64,000 nt of DNA from an uncultured Peptococcaceae bacterium (GTDB lineage Bacteria > Bacillota > Dehalobacteriia > UBA4068 > UBA4997), in assembly GCA_964569265.1 (NCBI GenBank), contig CAZMTO010000004.1:5988-69987 (forward strand). Reading direction: 5' to 3'. This document shows, piece by piece, positions 10,043 to 19,421 of the stretch. Each line of letters starts with the position of its first letter. Position 1 is the first letter of the stretch. Made by a program: the position numbers and the translations under genes. The notes beneath the pieces are model-generated. The model was not told the DNA's origin. It was given only the letters and a program-made list of their open reading frames with translations, and ran no database searches.

Positions 10043-10070
10043 TGATTTTTAAGCTTTTTAATGCTATAAT
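10043..10070 (+). promoter_or_regulatory. Strong sigma-70 promoter
   Basis: TTGATT-N16-TATAAT. Confidence 0.6.
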
Positions 10071-10077
10071 CTTGGTA

Positions 10078-10262
10078 AATAATATACACTTTTACTTGGT
10101 TACAGAGCTTAGCGGCAAATTACACTGCCAATGTGCGTTGGGGGCAGGTAATGTCTGCCATGCAAGAACAAATCTTGCAGCTAAGCCCAACACCGGGCCG
10201 GCGGCTGTGTTGTAAGTAAAACACTTAAAAGAACAGTCCGCGATGGCTGTTCTTATTTTTTT
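10078..10262 (+). ncRNA. Structured ~185-nt leader or sRNA candidate ending in an intrinsic terminator, upstream of the pilus-locus genes
   Basis: Nested helices GCTTAGC/GCTAAGC, GTTGGG/CCCAAC, GGCA../..TGCC, GGCAG../..CTGCC, GCAAG../..CTTGC; no RBS-led ORF; ends at the 10229..10262 terminator. Confidence 0.4.
10229..10262 (+). terminator. Intrinsic terminator / attenuator with a GNRA-capped 11-bp stem
   Basis: AAGAACAGTCC-GCGA-TGGCTGTTCTT followed by T8; lies 52 nt before the next start codon. Confidence 0.8.
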
Positions 10263-10314
10263 AGAATTTTTCTTTAGAATTTTTTGATGGGGATAAATAC
10301 AGGGGATAATTACA

Positions 10315-10839
10315 ATGGATAATACTGACTTAAAAAAGCTGGGCCGCAAAGAGCTGCTGGAAATTCTGGTAGCCCAAGGTGAAGAATTAGAGGCCACCAA
10401 AACCAGGCTTATTACTGCCGAAGCTGCCTTGCAGGATAAAAACATTGCTATTGACGAGGCAGGTTCGATTGCCGAGGCTGCCCTAAAGCTTAACGGCGTG
10501 TTTGATGCCGCGCAAAATGCCTGCCAGCAATACATTGCCAATATTATTCAGCTTAGCCAGCGGCAAAAAACTATTTGCACGCAAATAGAAGATGAAGCTA
10601 ACGCCGCTGCCGAAAAAATAATCGAGGAAGCTAAAAACAAGGCCAACCGGATGATAACCGATGCCGAACAGCAAAAAGCTGACACCGCTGCCGAATGTGA
10701 GGAGCTGCTGAAGCAGACCAAACAGCAGGCCGATGCTTACTGGACAGAGGTTTCTACCAGACTGGAGGCGTTTTCGGCCGAACACAGCGAGCTACAGCGC
10801 CTGTTGGCTTTTTTAGCACCGGAAAAAACACAGGGATAA
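10315..10839 (+). CDS. Hypothetical coiled-coil protein (DivIVA-like heptad character)
   Basis: 174 aa rich in Ala/Glu/Gln/Lys; no TM segment; first gene after the leader. Confidence 0.45.
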   Translation: MDNTDLKKLGRKELLEILVAQGEELEATKTRLITAEAALQDKNIAIDEAGSIAEAALKLNGVFDAAQNACQQYIANIIQLSQRQKTICTQIEDEANAAAEKIIEEAKNKANRMITDAEQQKADTAAECEELLKQTKQQADAYWTEVSTRLEAFSAEHSELQRLLAFLAPEKTQG

Positions 10840-10845
10840 CTATTT

Positions 10846-11436
10846 ATGGCTGATAATAATGCAGAAAAAAAAGTGGAACTGCCGGAGCTGGCAAGCCTTA
10901 AAGCCGAGCTGCAGCGCGTAGAATACCAAAGTCACTATCATTCTGTTTTACGCAGCACCACCTATATACTTGTGGTGGTAGCAGCGGCAGCAGTGCTGGT
11001 GGCTACTATTTGGCTGCCGGTTTTGCAAATTTACGGCTCGTCTATGGCGCCCACCCTTAACGAAAGTGAAATTGTTATATCACTTAAGGGTGCCGATTTT
11101 AAGCAGGGAGATTTGGTTGCGTTTTATATAGGTAATAAAATTTTGGTAAAACGTTGCATAGCCGGGCCCGGTCAATGGGTAAATATAGACCGCGACGGCA
11201 ATGTTTATGTAGACGGCGAACCTTTGGATGAGCCTTACCTTGCGGAAAAGGCTTTTGGTGACTGTAACATACAGTTGCCGTATCAGGTGCCGGATAACCG
11301 TTATTTTTGTATGGGAGATCACCGCGCTACTTCGGTAGATTCGCGGCACAGTACTGTAGGCTGCATAGCCGACGAACAGATAGTCGGCAAAATTGTGTTT
11401 AGGGTTTGGCCGCTGGCCAAATTTGGCAGCTTATAA
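10846..11436 (+). CDS. Signal peptidase I (S26 family, SipW/SipA-like) linked to the pilus locus
   Basis: TM anchor; catalytic-Ser box GSSMAPTL; K box VKRCIAGPG; GDHRATSVDSR box. Confidence 0.8.
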   Translation: MADNNAEKKVELPELASLKAELQRVEYQSHYHSVLRSTTYILVVVAAAAVLVATIWLPVLQIYGSSMAPTLNESEIVISLKGADFKQGDLVAFYIGNKILVKRCIAGPGQWVNIDRDGNVYVDGEPLDEPYLAEKAFGDCNIQLPYQVPDNRYFCMGDHRATSVDSRHSTVGCIADEQIVGKIVFRVWPLAKFGSL

Positions 11437-11475
11437 TTTATTTGGGTAAAGTTTGTAGTGATACGAGGCGATACG

Positions 11476-14400
11476 ATGAAAAGTGACCTTATTGCCACTA
11501 TTGAAAATTACATAGCCGGCTGGCGTCACAAGCAGCTTTGGTATAAGGCTGTTACCTGTATGGCGGCGGTGGTGGTTTTTTGTACCACCTACGCCCTTAT
11601 TTTGCCTGCCATCACGATGGAAAAAGACTGCACCCTGCCCGAACACACCCACACTGACGAATGTTATTCTCAGGTGACGGCGCTGATTACCAAAACACCC
11701 ATTTGCACCGTAAGCGGGCAAAACAGCCACCTGCACACGGCCGACTGCTTTGATGCCGAAGGTGCTGCTGTTTGCGGCTTTGATGACCAGATAGTACATC
11801 AGCACGACGAAAACTGTTACACTGCCGACAGTGAGCTTTGGTGCCAAATACCGGAGCTTGCTTTGCATATTCACGATACTGCCTGCTACGAACAGCCTGC
11901 CGACGAAACAGCCGAACCGGAGCTTGTTTGCACCGAACACGAACATTCTGCGGACTGCTTTGAACAAAACAAAACACTTATCTGTGAGCTGCCGGATGGC
12001 GATACCGAAGCAGTTGCCGATGAAGCTATAGATGAATTTGTAGAAGAAGCTATAGATGAATCTGCCGATGAAGCTACAGATACCGAGGTTGTTGAGGCAG
12101 ATCCGGCCGAAAGCCATTATCATAATGATGATTGCTATTTGATAGAAGACACACAGGTTTGCGGTTATGAAAGCGACCACATGCACAGCGAGGAATGTTA
12201 CGCCACGCCGGAGCCTGCTGAACCGACCGAGCCTGCCGAGCCCCTGCTTATCTGCGGGGAAGCCGAGCTTTTAAGCTACACGGTACATCAGCATACCGAT
12301 GCCTGCTTTGAAATAACCGAACAGCCGCTGGATACCACCGAGCTTACCTGCACCAACCCCGACCACGAGCATACCGAACGTTGCTACGGCGTTTGGGAGC
12401 TTAGCTGCGGTATGCAGGAGCATACCCACGGCGACAACTGTGTTACCAAGGCCGAGCCGGACGCCCTGCCCACCGAGCCTGTGCCGGAGCAACCGGAGCA
12501 GCCCGAACAGCCGCTGCCCGCCGATGCCCCGCTGTTTAGCCAGCCGCCTACCCCTGCCGAATTAGATGCGGCGATAAGCACCCTGCCCACTCCGGAGGAA
12601 ATTGCCGCCACACTGACCGCCTTTGAGGATGCCGACGACACCGAGGGAATGGAGGCCTACTACCGGCAGGCATACCTTAGCGTTATGAACGTGTATGTTT
12701 ACTGGGAGGAAATGACCCCCGAACAACAGGCGCAGGTTGCCAATGCCGAACAGCTTTGCCAACTGGCCGACCTGTTTAGCGGGTATCCGCTGGAAACCAT
12801 AGATACTGCAACCGTTTATCGCGTAAATCAAAATGCCGACCATTCGTCTACCAAAACTATCTTAGTTTATGGCGGTTCCGTGCAGGATAAACTTGGCGCC
12901 GGTATGTCTTATAAATATTGGGATGCCATTATTGTAGAAAAAAACGATAGCGACAAATTATACATAAAAGAATATATTACAGGCGAAGAAGATAAACGCA
13001 CTTGCAAAGCTACCACCGCCGACGGTTTTGTTCTGTTGGTTTTCCGCGGTGAAACAGCTACCAAAGCTACTGATGCTAATGTTGATGACATAGTTGAACT
13101 AAGCTTTAACTACAAAAACGTCACCGGCACCAGCAGCAGCGGTTATGGCACTGTTAGCTTTACACGCTTATCCACCGTAAAAGGTGCCGATACCGACGAG
13201 CTAATTGAGGTTAACCTGTACGATTACGGCTCCAACATCAACGATTTGTATAACAGCAATAAAAAATATCCCGGCTTCCAGCAGGATAACGGTACTACAC
13301 GTGATTTTCAATCATTTAACACAAGCAGCTTTAACTTTGGTAACAACATCACCGCCGATTTAGCTGCCGGCATATCTGGTTTGGCAAAAGCCGATGGCAC
13401 ATCTACACTAATCAATTCTGTGGTTAGTGGCACGTTTAACGGTACTACCTATGCCACTGCTAACCTACCTGTAAGCGGTGCTATGAAAAATGAATTGGTA
13501 GATGGTTACCCGGCTTTGTCCGATGGCACCAGCCTGAAGTATCTGTTTAGTAATGGCACCTATGCCACAAAGAAGAACGAAAAAAGCATTAACGGCTTGT
13601 TCATTTATCACGATAATACCGGCGCCTACACCTTTAACAGCCGAGAAAATCACGCGCAATTTAACAGCAGCAATGATACCTTTACGCTTTATGAACAGAT
13701 AATTACATCTAACTTTATGATGTACCCCTTTGGTAACTTTTTGCCGTTTAACAATATCGTTACCCAGTGTACACAGGCAAGCAACATCAGCAAGGTTCAT
13801 CTGCAAACCATTGCCGCAAGCGCGGCAAGCAAAAGCGGCAGCGCATACGCCACGCTTAACACTAAGCTTACCCAGTTTATCAGTTTGATGGACAAAGCCT
13901 ACCCCAAAGGTTGGAGCGCCAAAGACTGTGCCAACGAATACTTTAAAGTTGCCGGCATCAACAAAACCTTTACCAATGCCGATCTTGACAACATCTATTC
14001 TATTGACTTTGACGAAGCCACCGATTTTTACTTTGGTATGGAAATGAAGATGAAATTTATGCAGCCAAAGGATGGCCTAACCGGCAAAGACGGCAAACAG
14101 CCAATGGTGTTCTACTTTACCGGCGACGATGACGTTTGGGTTTATATCGACAACACGCTGTTTTTAGACCTTTCCGGCATTCACCGCCACGTGGGCGGCG
14201 AGATTGACTTTGTAAAGGGCGAGGTTAAATATTATGGCCTTGATGTTAACACCGGCGATGTGGCAACAACACCTTATAAAACCGTAAAATTCAGTGAATT
14301 GGTGGATGCCAAGCAGCTTAATGACAACGGTACCTTTGCCGATTACAGCCAACACAGCTTTAATTTTTACTATATGGAACGTGGTGCAGGCTCCGGCGTT

Positions 14401-15816
14401 TGCCGTATGAACTTTAACTTCCCGCTGCTGCGCAAAAATTCCATATCGGTGACCAAAGAGCTTGATACCGACGATGCCAACAAACTTGCCACCCTGCTGG
14501 GCAATCCGGACTTTCGTTTTCAAGTGATGAAAGAAAACGGCACCGAGCTGTTTATCCCTGCTAACACATCCTACGATATTTATGACAAGAATGATGCTGG
14601 CTACACCAACAAGCTTGGCACCGGCACCACCGATAAAAACGGCGTATTTACCATTAAAGCCAACCAAACCGCCGTATTTACCGGCATTGCCGAAGACAGC
14701 GGCAAATACTTTGTGCGCGAGCTTTTAGATGCCAGTAACTTTGAACAGTATGGCACAATTACCGTGGATGGCACCAGCGAAACTACCGACTACAACGATG
14801 TCACCGTTGGCAGTGACAGCTTTAAGGGCGTAAACAGCCCCGTTAAAGATGTTTCTGACGGCAGCACCAGCTTCCACTTTAAAAACCATATTGATTGGAC
14901 TAAGCTGGGCAGCCTGAGCATAACCAAGCAACTGGCCGATTACCCCAACAGCCGCGCGGCAAAGCAGTTTAACTTTAAGGTAACCTTAGACGGCACGCCC
15001 CTGCCGGTAGGCACTGCATACACCGTAGGCAGTGATACGCGCACGGTAACCGAGGCGGGCATTATAACCATTGCCCCCGGCGAACCAGCCATTATCGGCA
15101 ATATTTTGGCAGGTACCACCTTTACCGTTAAAGAGACCGAAGCATCTGCCGATGGCTACACCGTAAGCTATAAGTTAGACGGCGAAGAAGTTAGCGGTGA
15201 CGAAGCCACCGGCACCATAAACGTTGCATCAACTGTGGCCGTAACCGTTATAAACCGGGAAACCGGAACATCGGTAGAAATACCGGTGCAGAAGATATTG
15301 AACTTCCCGGACGGCGTGGAACACGAATATACCCTGCACTTGCAAGAAGTCGATAATAACGGCAACACGCTTGAAGGTGGCTACACGCAGAATATACCCG
15401 TTAAAATTACTAATGACCCTGTAAGCGACAAATTTACCGTAGGTTACGCCACAGCAGATTTAGAGGGCCTTGACCTGCCGCAAACCTATTATTACGAGAT
15501 AAGCGAAATCGCCAAGGCGGAGGATACTACCACCGATTATGACAGCACACGGTATATAGTTGAAGTTACCGTAAGCAAAACCGAAACCGGTGCCCAAGCC
15601 GCCATAACCAAACGTTATAAAGCCGATGGCACCGAGCTTACCGAGCTTACCGCGGACGAAACCCTGACCTTTACCAACAGCATAATCCGCCCGGAGCTGC
15701 CCTCTACCGGCGGCTGCGGCACATATGTGTATACTTTGGCGGGCACAGCGCTTATTGGCGCCGCCACCCACCGTTTGTATAAAAAACGCAAAAGGGAGGT
15801 GCAGCAAACCCCCTAA
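11476..15816 (+). CDS. Pilus tip adhesin candidate: signal anchor, Cys/His-rich repeat region, Pro/Glu linker, PA14-like domain, Cna-B-type domains, LPSTG sorting signal
   Basis: GAGG RBS 7 nt before ATG 11476; eight H.H...C[YFV] units; FTGDDDVWVYIDNTLFLDLSGIH (PA14-like); TFTVKETEASADGYTVSYK (Cna-B/E-box-like); C-terminal LPSTGG plus hydrophobic stretch plus YKKRKRE. Confidence 0.7.
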   Translation: MKSDLIATIENYIAGWRHKQLWYKAVTCMAAVVVFCTTYALILPAITMEKDCTLPEHTHTDECYSQVTALITKTPICTVSGQNSHLHTADCFDAEGAAVCGFDDQIVHQHDENCYTADSELWCQIPELALHIHDTACYEQPADETAEPELVCTEHEHSADCFEQNKTLICELPDGDTEAVADEAIDEFVEEAIDESADEATDTEVVEADPAESHYHNDDCYLIEDTQVCGYESDHMHSEECYATPEPAEPTEPAEPLLICGEAELLSYTVHQHTDACFEITEQPLDTTELTCTNPDHEHTERCYGVWELSCGMQEHTHGDNCVTKAEPDALPTEPVPEQPEQPEQPLPADAPLFSQPPTPAELDAAISTLPTPEEIAATLTAFEDADDTEGMEAYYRQAYLSVMNVYVYWEEMTPEQQAQVANAEQLCQLADLFSGYPLETIDTATVYRVNQNADHSSTKTILVYGGSVQDKLGAGMSYKYWDAIIVEKNDSDKLYIKEYITGEEDKRTCKATTADGFVLLVFRGETATKATDANVDDIVELSFNYKNVTGTSSSGYGTVSFTRLSTVKGADTDELIEVNLYDYGSNINDLYNSNKKYPGFQQDNGTTRDFQSFNTSSFNFGNNITADLAAGISGLAKADGTSTLINSVVSGTFNGTTYATANLPVSGAMKNELVDGYPALSDGTSLKYLFSNGTYATKKNEKSINGLFIYHDNTGAYTFNSRENHAQFNSSNDTFTLYEQIITSNFMMYPFGNFLPFNNIVTQCTQASNISKVHLQTIAASAASKSGSAYATLNTKLTQFISLMDKAYPKGWSAKDCANEYFKVAGINKTFTNADLDNIYSIDFDEATDFYFGMEMKMKFMQPKDGLTGKDGKQPMVFYFTGDDDVWVYIDNTLFLDLSGIHRHVGGEIDFVKGEVKYYGLDVNTGDVATTPYKTVKFSELVDAKQLNDNGTFADYSQHSFNFYYMERGAGSGVCRMNFNFPLLRKNSISVTKELDTDDANKLATLLGNPDFRFQVMKENGTELFIPANTSYDIYDKNDAGYTNKLGTGTTDKNGVFTIKANQTAVFTGIAEDSGKYFVRELLDASNFEQYGTITVDGTSETTDYNDVTVGSDSFKGVNSPVKDVSDGSTSFHFKNHIDWTKLGSLSITKQLADYPNSRAAKQFNFKVTLDGTPLPVGTAYTVGSDTRTVTEAGIITIAPGEPAIIGNILAGTTFTVKETEASADGYTVSYKLDGEEVSGDEATGTINVASTVAVTVINRETGTSVEIPVQKILNFPDGVEHEYTLHLQEVDNNGNTLEGGYTQNIPVKITNDPVSDKFTVGYATADLEGLDLPQTYYYEISEIAKAEDTTTDYDSTRYIVEVTVSKTETGAQAAITKRYKADGTELTELTADETLTFTNSIIRPELPSTGGCGTYVYTLAGTALIGAATHRLYKKRKREVQQTP

Positions 15817-15862
15817 TGCCTGTTAACAAACTACACAACACCAACAAGAAAGGAAGATTAGA

Positions 15863-17383
15863 ATGAAGCACGTAAAACAACTGGCCAGCATTTTGTTGGC
15901 CGCCGCCCTGCTTATAAGCATGGCAACCGTAGCACTGGCCGCCGGCACCAACACCATTACGGTGAACAATGCCGAACCCGGTGCAACCTACAAAATTTAC
16001 AAAATGATGAGCCTTACCAACAGCGGCACAAACTATGCCTACAAGGTAGAAAGCAATTGGCAAGAATTTTTCCAAGCGGCAGATGCTGAAAAAGGAATAA
16101 CTGCCGGCGCCGGCGCAGACTATGTAACCATTACCGACGGTTATGTAACCTGGAACAGCGGCAAAGACGCTGCCAACCTTGCACCGCTGGCTGTACAGTA
16201 TGTAAATAGCAACAGCACAACTGTTACCGCTGCTAACACTATAACAGCAGTTAAACCGACAACAGGCACCTGCAAGGTAGAATTTACCGGGTTGGATTCC
16301 GGCTACTACCTGATTACCTCTACCAACGGTACCAAGGCAATTATTGCTTCTACCCCGACCAACAGTAGTACCGCAATCGAAGAAAAGAACGCAAACCCCA
16401 CCACCGACAAAGAGGTGCAGGAAGATAGCACCGGCGCTTGGGGCACCGCAAACAGCGCTCAGATTGGCGACACCGTGAACTTTAAGGCTACCGTAACCAT
16501 TAGGCCCGGCGCAACTAACTACGTTATGCACGATGTTATGGACGATGGCCTTACCTTTGATGCAAACAGCGTAAAGGTTTGGACTACTTGGACTGCACTC
16601 GGCGCCGAAGGCAATGCAGAACTGCCTAGCAGCAATTACACCGTTACCAGCACCGGTTTAACCGACGGTTGCACCTTTGAAGTTAAATTTGATGATACTT
16701 ATTTAACTGACATTACTACTGACACAACGTTGACGGTTACTTACACCGCAGTTTTGAACGCAAACGCTGTGCCCGGCACTGCTGAACTGAACAAAGAGCA
16801 GTTGACTTGGGGCGACAAAACCACCAGCACGGAAGAAACTGCCTGGAACAAAACCGAAACCACAACTTACCAGTTTGAAATTTTAAAGTATGCTAACGGC
16901 GATACCAGCAAAAAGCCTTTGGCCGGTGCTACCTTTGAGCTTTACAACAACAGCCACAAAGACACTGACGGCAATGCTACTTTGGTTAAGCTGGTAAGAG
17001 TAGAAAGTGAAGATACAGCGGCAACTGAAACTACTGTTGGCACTGTTGTTTACCGTGTAGCTACCCCTGCTGAAATCACCGCAGGCACCGATGTAGTAAC
17101 CCAGTTTACCACCGTTGCAGACAAGAAGATTGTTATTAAGGGCGTAGACCTTGATACTTACCACCTTAAAGAAATTACAGCACCGGCCGGGTTTAACCTG
17201 CCTAAAGATACTTTTAAACAAACAGCTACGAGCAACACTTTGGTTTGGGAAATCGAAAACAAATCCGGCGCCGAGCTGCCTTCTACCGGTGGCATGGGCA
17301 CCACCCTGTTCTATCTGTTAGGCTCTGTTCTGGTTGTATCGGCCGGCGTACTGCTGGTAACCAAACGCCGTATGGCCAAATAA
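15863..17383 (+). CDS. Major pilin (backbone subunit) with LPSTG sorting signal
   Basis: Signal peptide; E-box-like YHLKEITAPAGF; C-terminal LPSTGG plus TM segment plus KRRMAK. Confidence 0.75.
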   Translation: MKHVKQLASILLAAALLISMATVALAAGTNTITVNNAEPGATYKIYKMMSLTNSGTNYAYKVESNWQEFFQAADAEKGITAGAGADYVTITDGYVTWNSGKDAANLAPLAVQYVNSNSTTVTAANTITAVKPTTGTCKVEFTGLDSGYYLITSTNGTKAIIASTPTNSSTAIEEKNANPTTDKEVQEDSTGAWGTANSAQIGDTVNFKATVTIRPGATNYVMHDVMDDGLTFDANSVKVWTTWTALGAEGNAELPSSNYTVTSTGLTDGCTFEVKFDDTYLTDITTDTTLTVTYTAVLNANAVPGTAELNKEQLTWGDKTTSTEETAWNKTETTTYQFEILKYANGDTSKKPLAGATFELYNNSHKDTDGNATLVKLVRVESEDTAATETTVGTVVYRVATPAEITAGTDVVTQFTTVADKKIVIKGVDLDTYHLKEITAPAGFNLPKDTFKQTATSNTLVWEIENKSGAELPSTGGMGTTLFYLLGSVLVVSAGVLLVTKRRMAK

Positions 17384-17421
17384 CATAGCTGCACGCAACT
17401 TTTGCACAAGGAGACCCCCGC

Positions 17422-18258
17422 ATGAAAAAACCCAAACACGGCGATAAAGCCACAACTATTTTGGTTATAATGCTGCTGGTGGGTCTCTTTTTGCTGTTAT
17501 ACCCCGGTGTCAGCAATTATTGGAACTCACTGCATTCTACGCAGGCCATTGCCACCTACGCCGAAGATGTTGCCAACCTTGACGCCGAGCTGTATGACCA
17601 ACTTTGGGCACAGGCGCAAACCTACAACCGCAGCCTTGCCAACCGCCCGGGCAGCTATGCTCTTACTTTAGAACAACAGCAGCAATACAACCGGTTGCTT
17701 AATGTGTCGGGCATTGGCATTATGGGATATATAGAAATCCCCAGTATAGAGGTTAGCCTGCCTATTTATCACGGCATACAGGAAAACGTCTTGCAGGTGG
17801 CTGTGGGCCACATTGACTGGTCCAGTCTGCCGGTTGGCGGCGCAGGCACGCACTGTGTAATGTCCGGCCACCGGGGCTTGCCATCGGCCAAATTATTTAC
17901 CGATTTAGATAAGCTGGTCGAAGGTGACCTGTTTATGCTGCGCGTTTTAGACGAAATTTTGACCTACGAGGTTGACCAGATACTGATTGTAGAGCCAAAA
18001 GACGTAGAAGCGCTGCAAATTATCGACGGGCAAGACCTTTGTACGCTGGTAACCTGCACGCCCTACGGCATTAACACACACCGCCTGCTGGTGCGCGGCC
18101 ACCGGGTAGAAAACGTAGATACTACCGTGCGCGTGGTAGCCGATGCCATACAGATAGAACCCCTGCTGGTGGCACCCATACTGGCAACGCCCATATTACT
18201 TATTTTGCTGATAATTCTGCTTTTGCCCAATAAATCTGCCAAAAGCCCCCAAAGGTGA
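17422..18258 (+). CDS. Class C (pilus-polymerizing) sortase
   Basis: N-terminal TM; SGHRG His motif; TLVTCTPYGINTHRLLVRG; C-terminal hydrophobic lid/anchor. Confidence 0.85.
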   Translation: MKKPKHGDKATTILVIMLLVGLFLLLYPGVSNYWNSLHSTQAIATYAEDVANLDAELYDQLWAQAQTYNRSLANRPGSYALTLEQQQQYNRLLNVSGIGIMGYIEIPSIEVSLPIYHGIQENVLQVAVGHIDWSSLPVGGAGTHCVMSGHRGLPSAKLFTDLDKLVEGDLFMLRVLDEILTYEVDQILIVEPKDVEALQIIDGQDLCTLVTCTPYGINTHRLLVRGHRVENVDTTVRVVADAIQIEPLLVAPILATPILLILLIILLLPNKSAKSPQR

Positions 18259-18263
18259 TAACT

Positions 18264-19421
18264 ATGAGATTTGCTAAATGCCTGAAAGCTGTTATGCTTA
18301 CACTGCTGCTGGCCCTTGCGCTGCCCTGCGCTGCCTGGGCTGCCGGCAGCATACAACTTGATAAAGAAGTAAGCCTGGATATTGTGTATAAAACCGACAC
18401 AGCTCCGCTAAGCAAGGCCACCTTTAGCATTTATCTGGTGGCTACAGTAGATGAATACGGCGAATTTACCCCCACCGACGCCTTTGCCCCCTACTATGTA
18501 AATATCAGCGGCAAAGACGATGAAGCGTGGCGGGCGCAGGCTTCTACGCTGGAAGGTTATGTGTTGCTGGACAAAATTGCCCCCACCGACACCGGCAAAA
18601 CCGATGTTAACGGCAAATTACACCTGCCCACAGGGGATAAAAAGCTGGTACCGGGGCTGTATCTGGTGCTGGGTGACCGCCTTAAACAGGACGGCTGGCG
18701 CTACGACGCTGCACCGGCCTTTGTAACCCTGCCCACCACCGACACCACAACCAACACCTGGCAATACAACGTTGTGGCTGCCCCCAAACACGAAGCCGGC
18801 CAAGCCCCAAGCGACAGCGGCAGCACCGATAATAATTCAACAAAACGCAAGGTGCTTAAAATTTGGCAGGATACCGGCCACGAAAACGCCCGCCCCCAAC
18901 TTATCACGGTTCAACTGCTGCGAGACGGCGAAATTTACAGCACGGTAACGCTTAGTGCCAAAAACAACTGGCGCTACACCTGGGATAATTTAAGCGACGA
19001 AAGCAAATGGACGTTGGTGGAAAAAGCCACACCCGGCTACACCGGCACCGTAACAAAAAACGGCATTACTTTTACGGTTACCAACACCTACACCACTAAC
19101 AACCCCGACAATCCTAACAAACCGGACAAACCCGATAAACCGGGCGGCCCCGATGGCCCGGACAATCCCGATAATCCGGATAATCCGAATAATCCGAATA
19201 ATCCCGACGACCCCGATAAACCGGATAAGCCGGGTACCCCCGGTAACAATGGCACCACCGGCGGCAACACACCGGGCGGCACACCGGATAATCAGCCGGA
19301 TGCCCCCAAGCTGCCGCAAACCGGGCAATTATGGTGGCCGGTACCGATTATGCTGTTTGCCGGGCTGCTGCTGGTGTTAATGGGCTTAATGCAGCGCCGA
19401 GGTGTACACAATGAAAAATAA
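18264..19421 (+). CDS. Basal/minor pilin with Cna-B-type domain, (D/N)P(D/N)-KP repeat linker and LPQTG sorting signal
   Basis: Signal peptide; KVLKIWQDTGHENARPQLITVQLLRDGEIY..TVTNTYT prealbumin-like Cna-B signature; C-terminal LPQTG plus TM plus RRG. Confidence 0.65.
   Translation: MRFAKCLKAVMLTLLLALALPCAAWAAGSIQLDKEVSLDIVYKTDTAPLSKATFSIYLVATVDEYGEFTPTDAFAPYYVNISGKDDEAWRAQASTLEGYVLLDKIAPTDTGKTDVNGKLHLPTGDKKLVPGLYLVLGDRLKQDGWRYDAAPAFVTLPTTDTTTNTWQYNVVAAPKHEAGQAPSDSGSTDNNSTKRKVLKIWQDTGHENARPQLITVQLLRDGEIYSTVTLSAKNNWRYTWDNLSDESKWTLVEKATPGYTGTVTKNGITFTVTNTYTTNNPDNPNKPDKPDKPGGPDGPDNPDNPDNPNNPNNPDDPDKPDKPGTPGNNGTTGGNTPGGTPDNQPDAPKLPQTGQLWWPVPIMLFAGLLLVLMGLMQRRGVHNEK
19103..19235 (+). repeat. Imperfect tandem 9-bp (and 6-bp) repeats encoding the (N/D)P(D/N) and KPD linker of the basal pilin
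   Basis: GATAATCCG/GAATAATCC/GATAAACCG units visible in the sequence. Confidence 0.7.
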
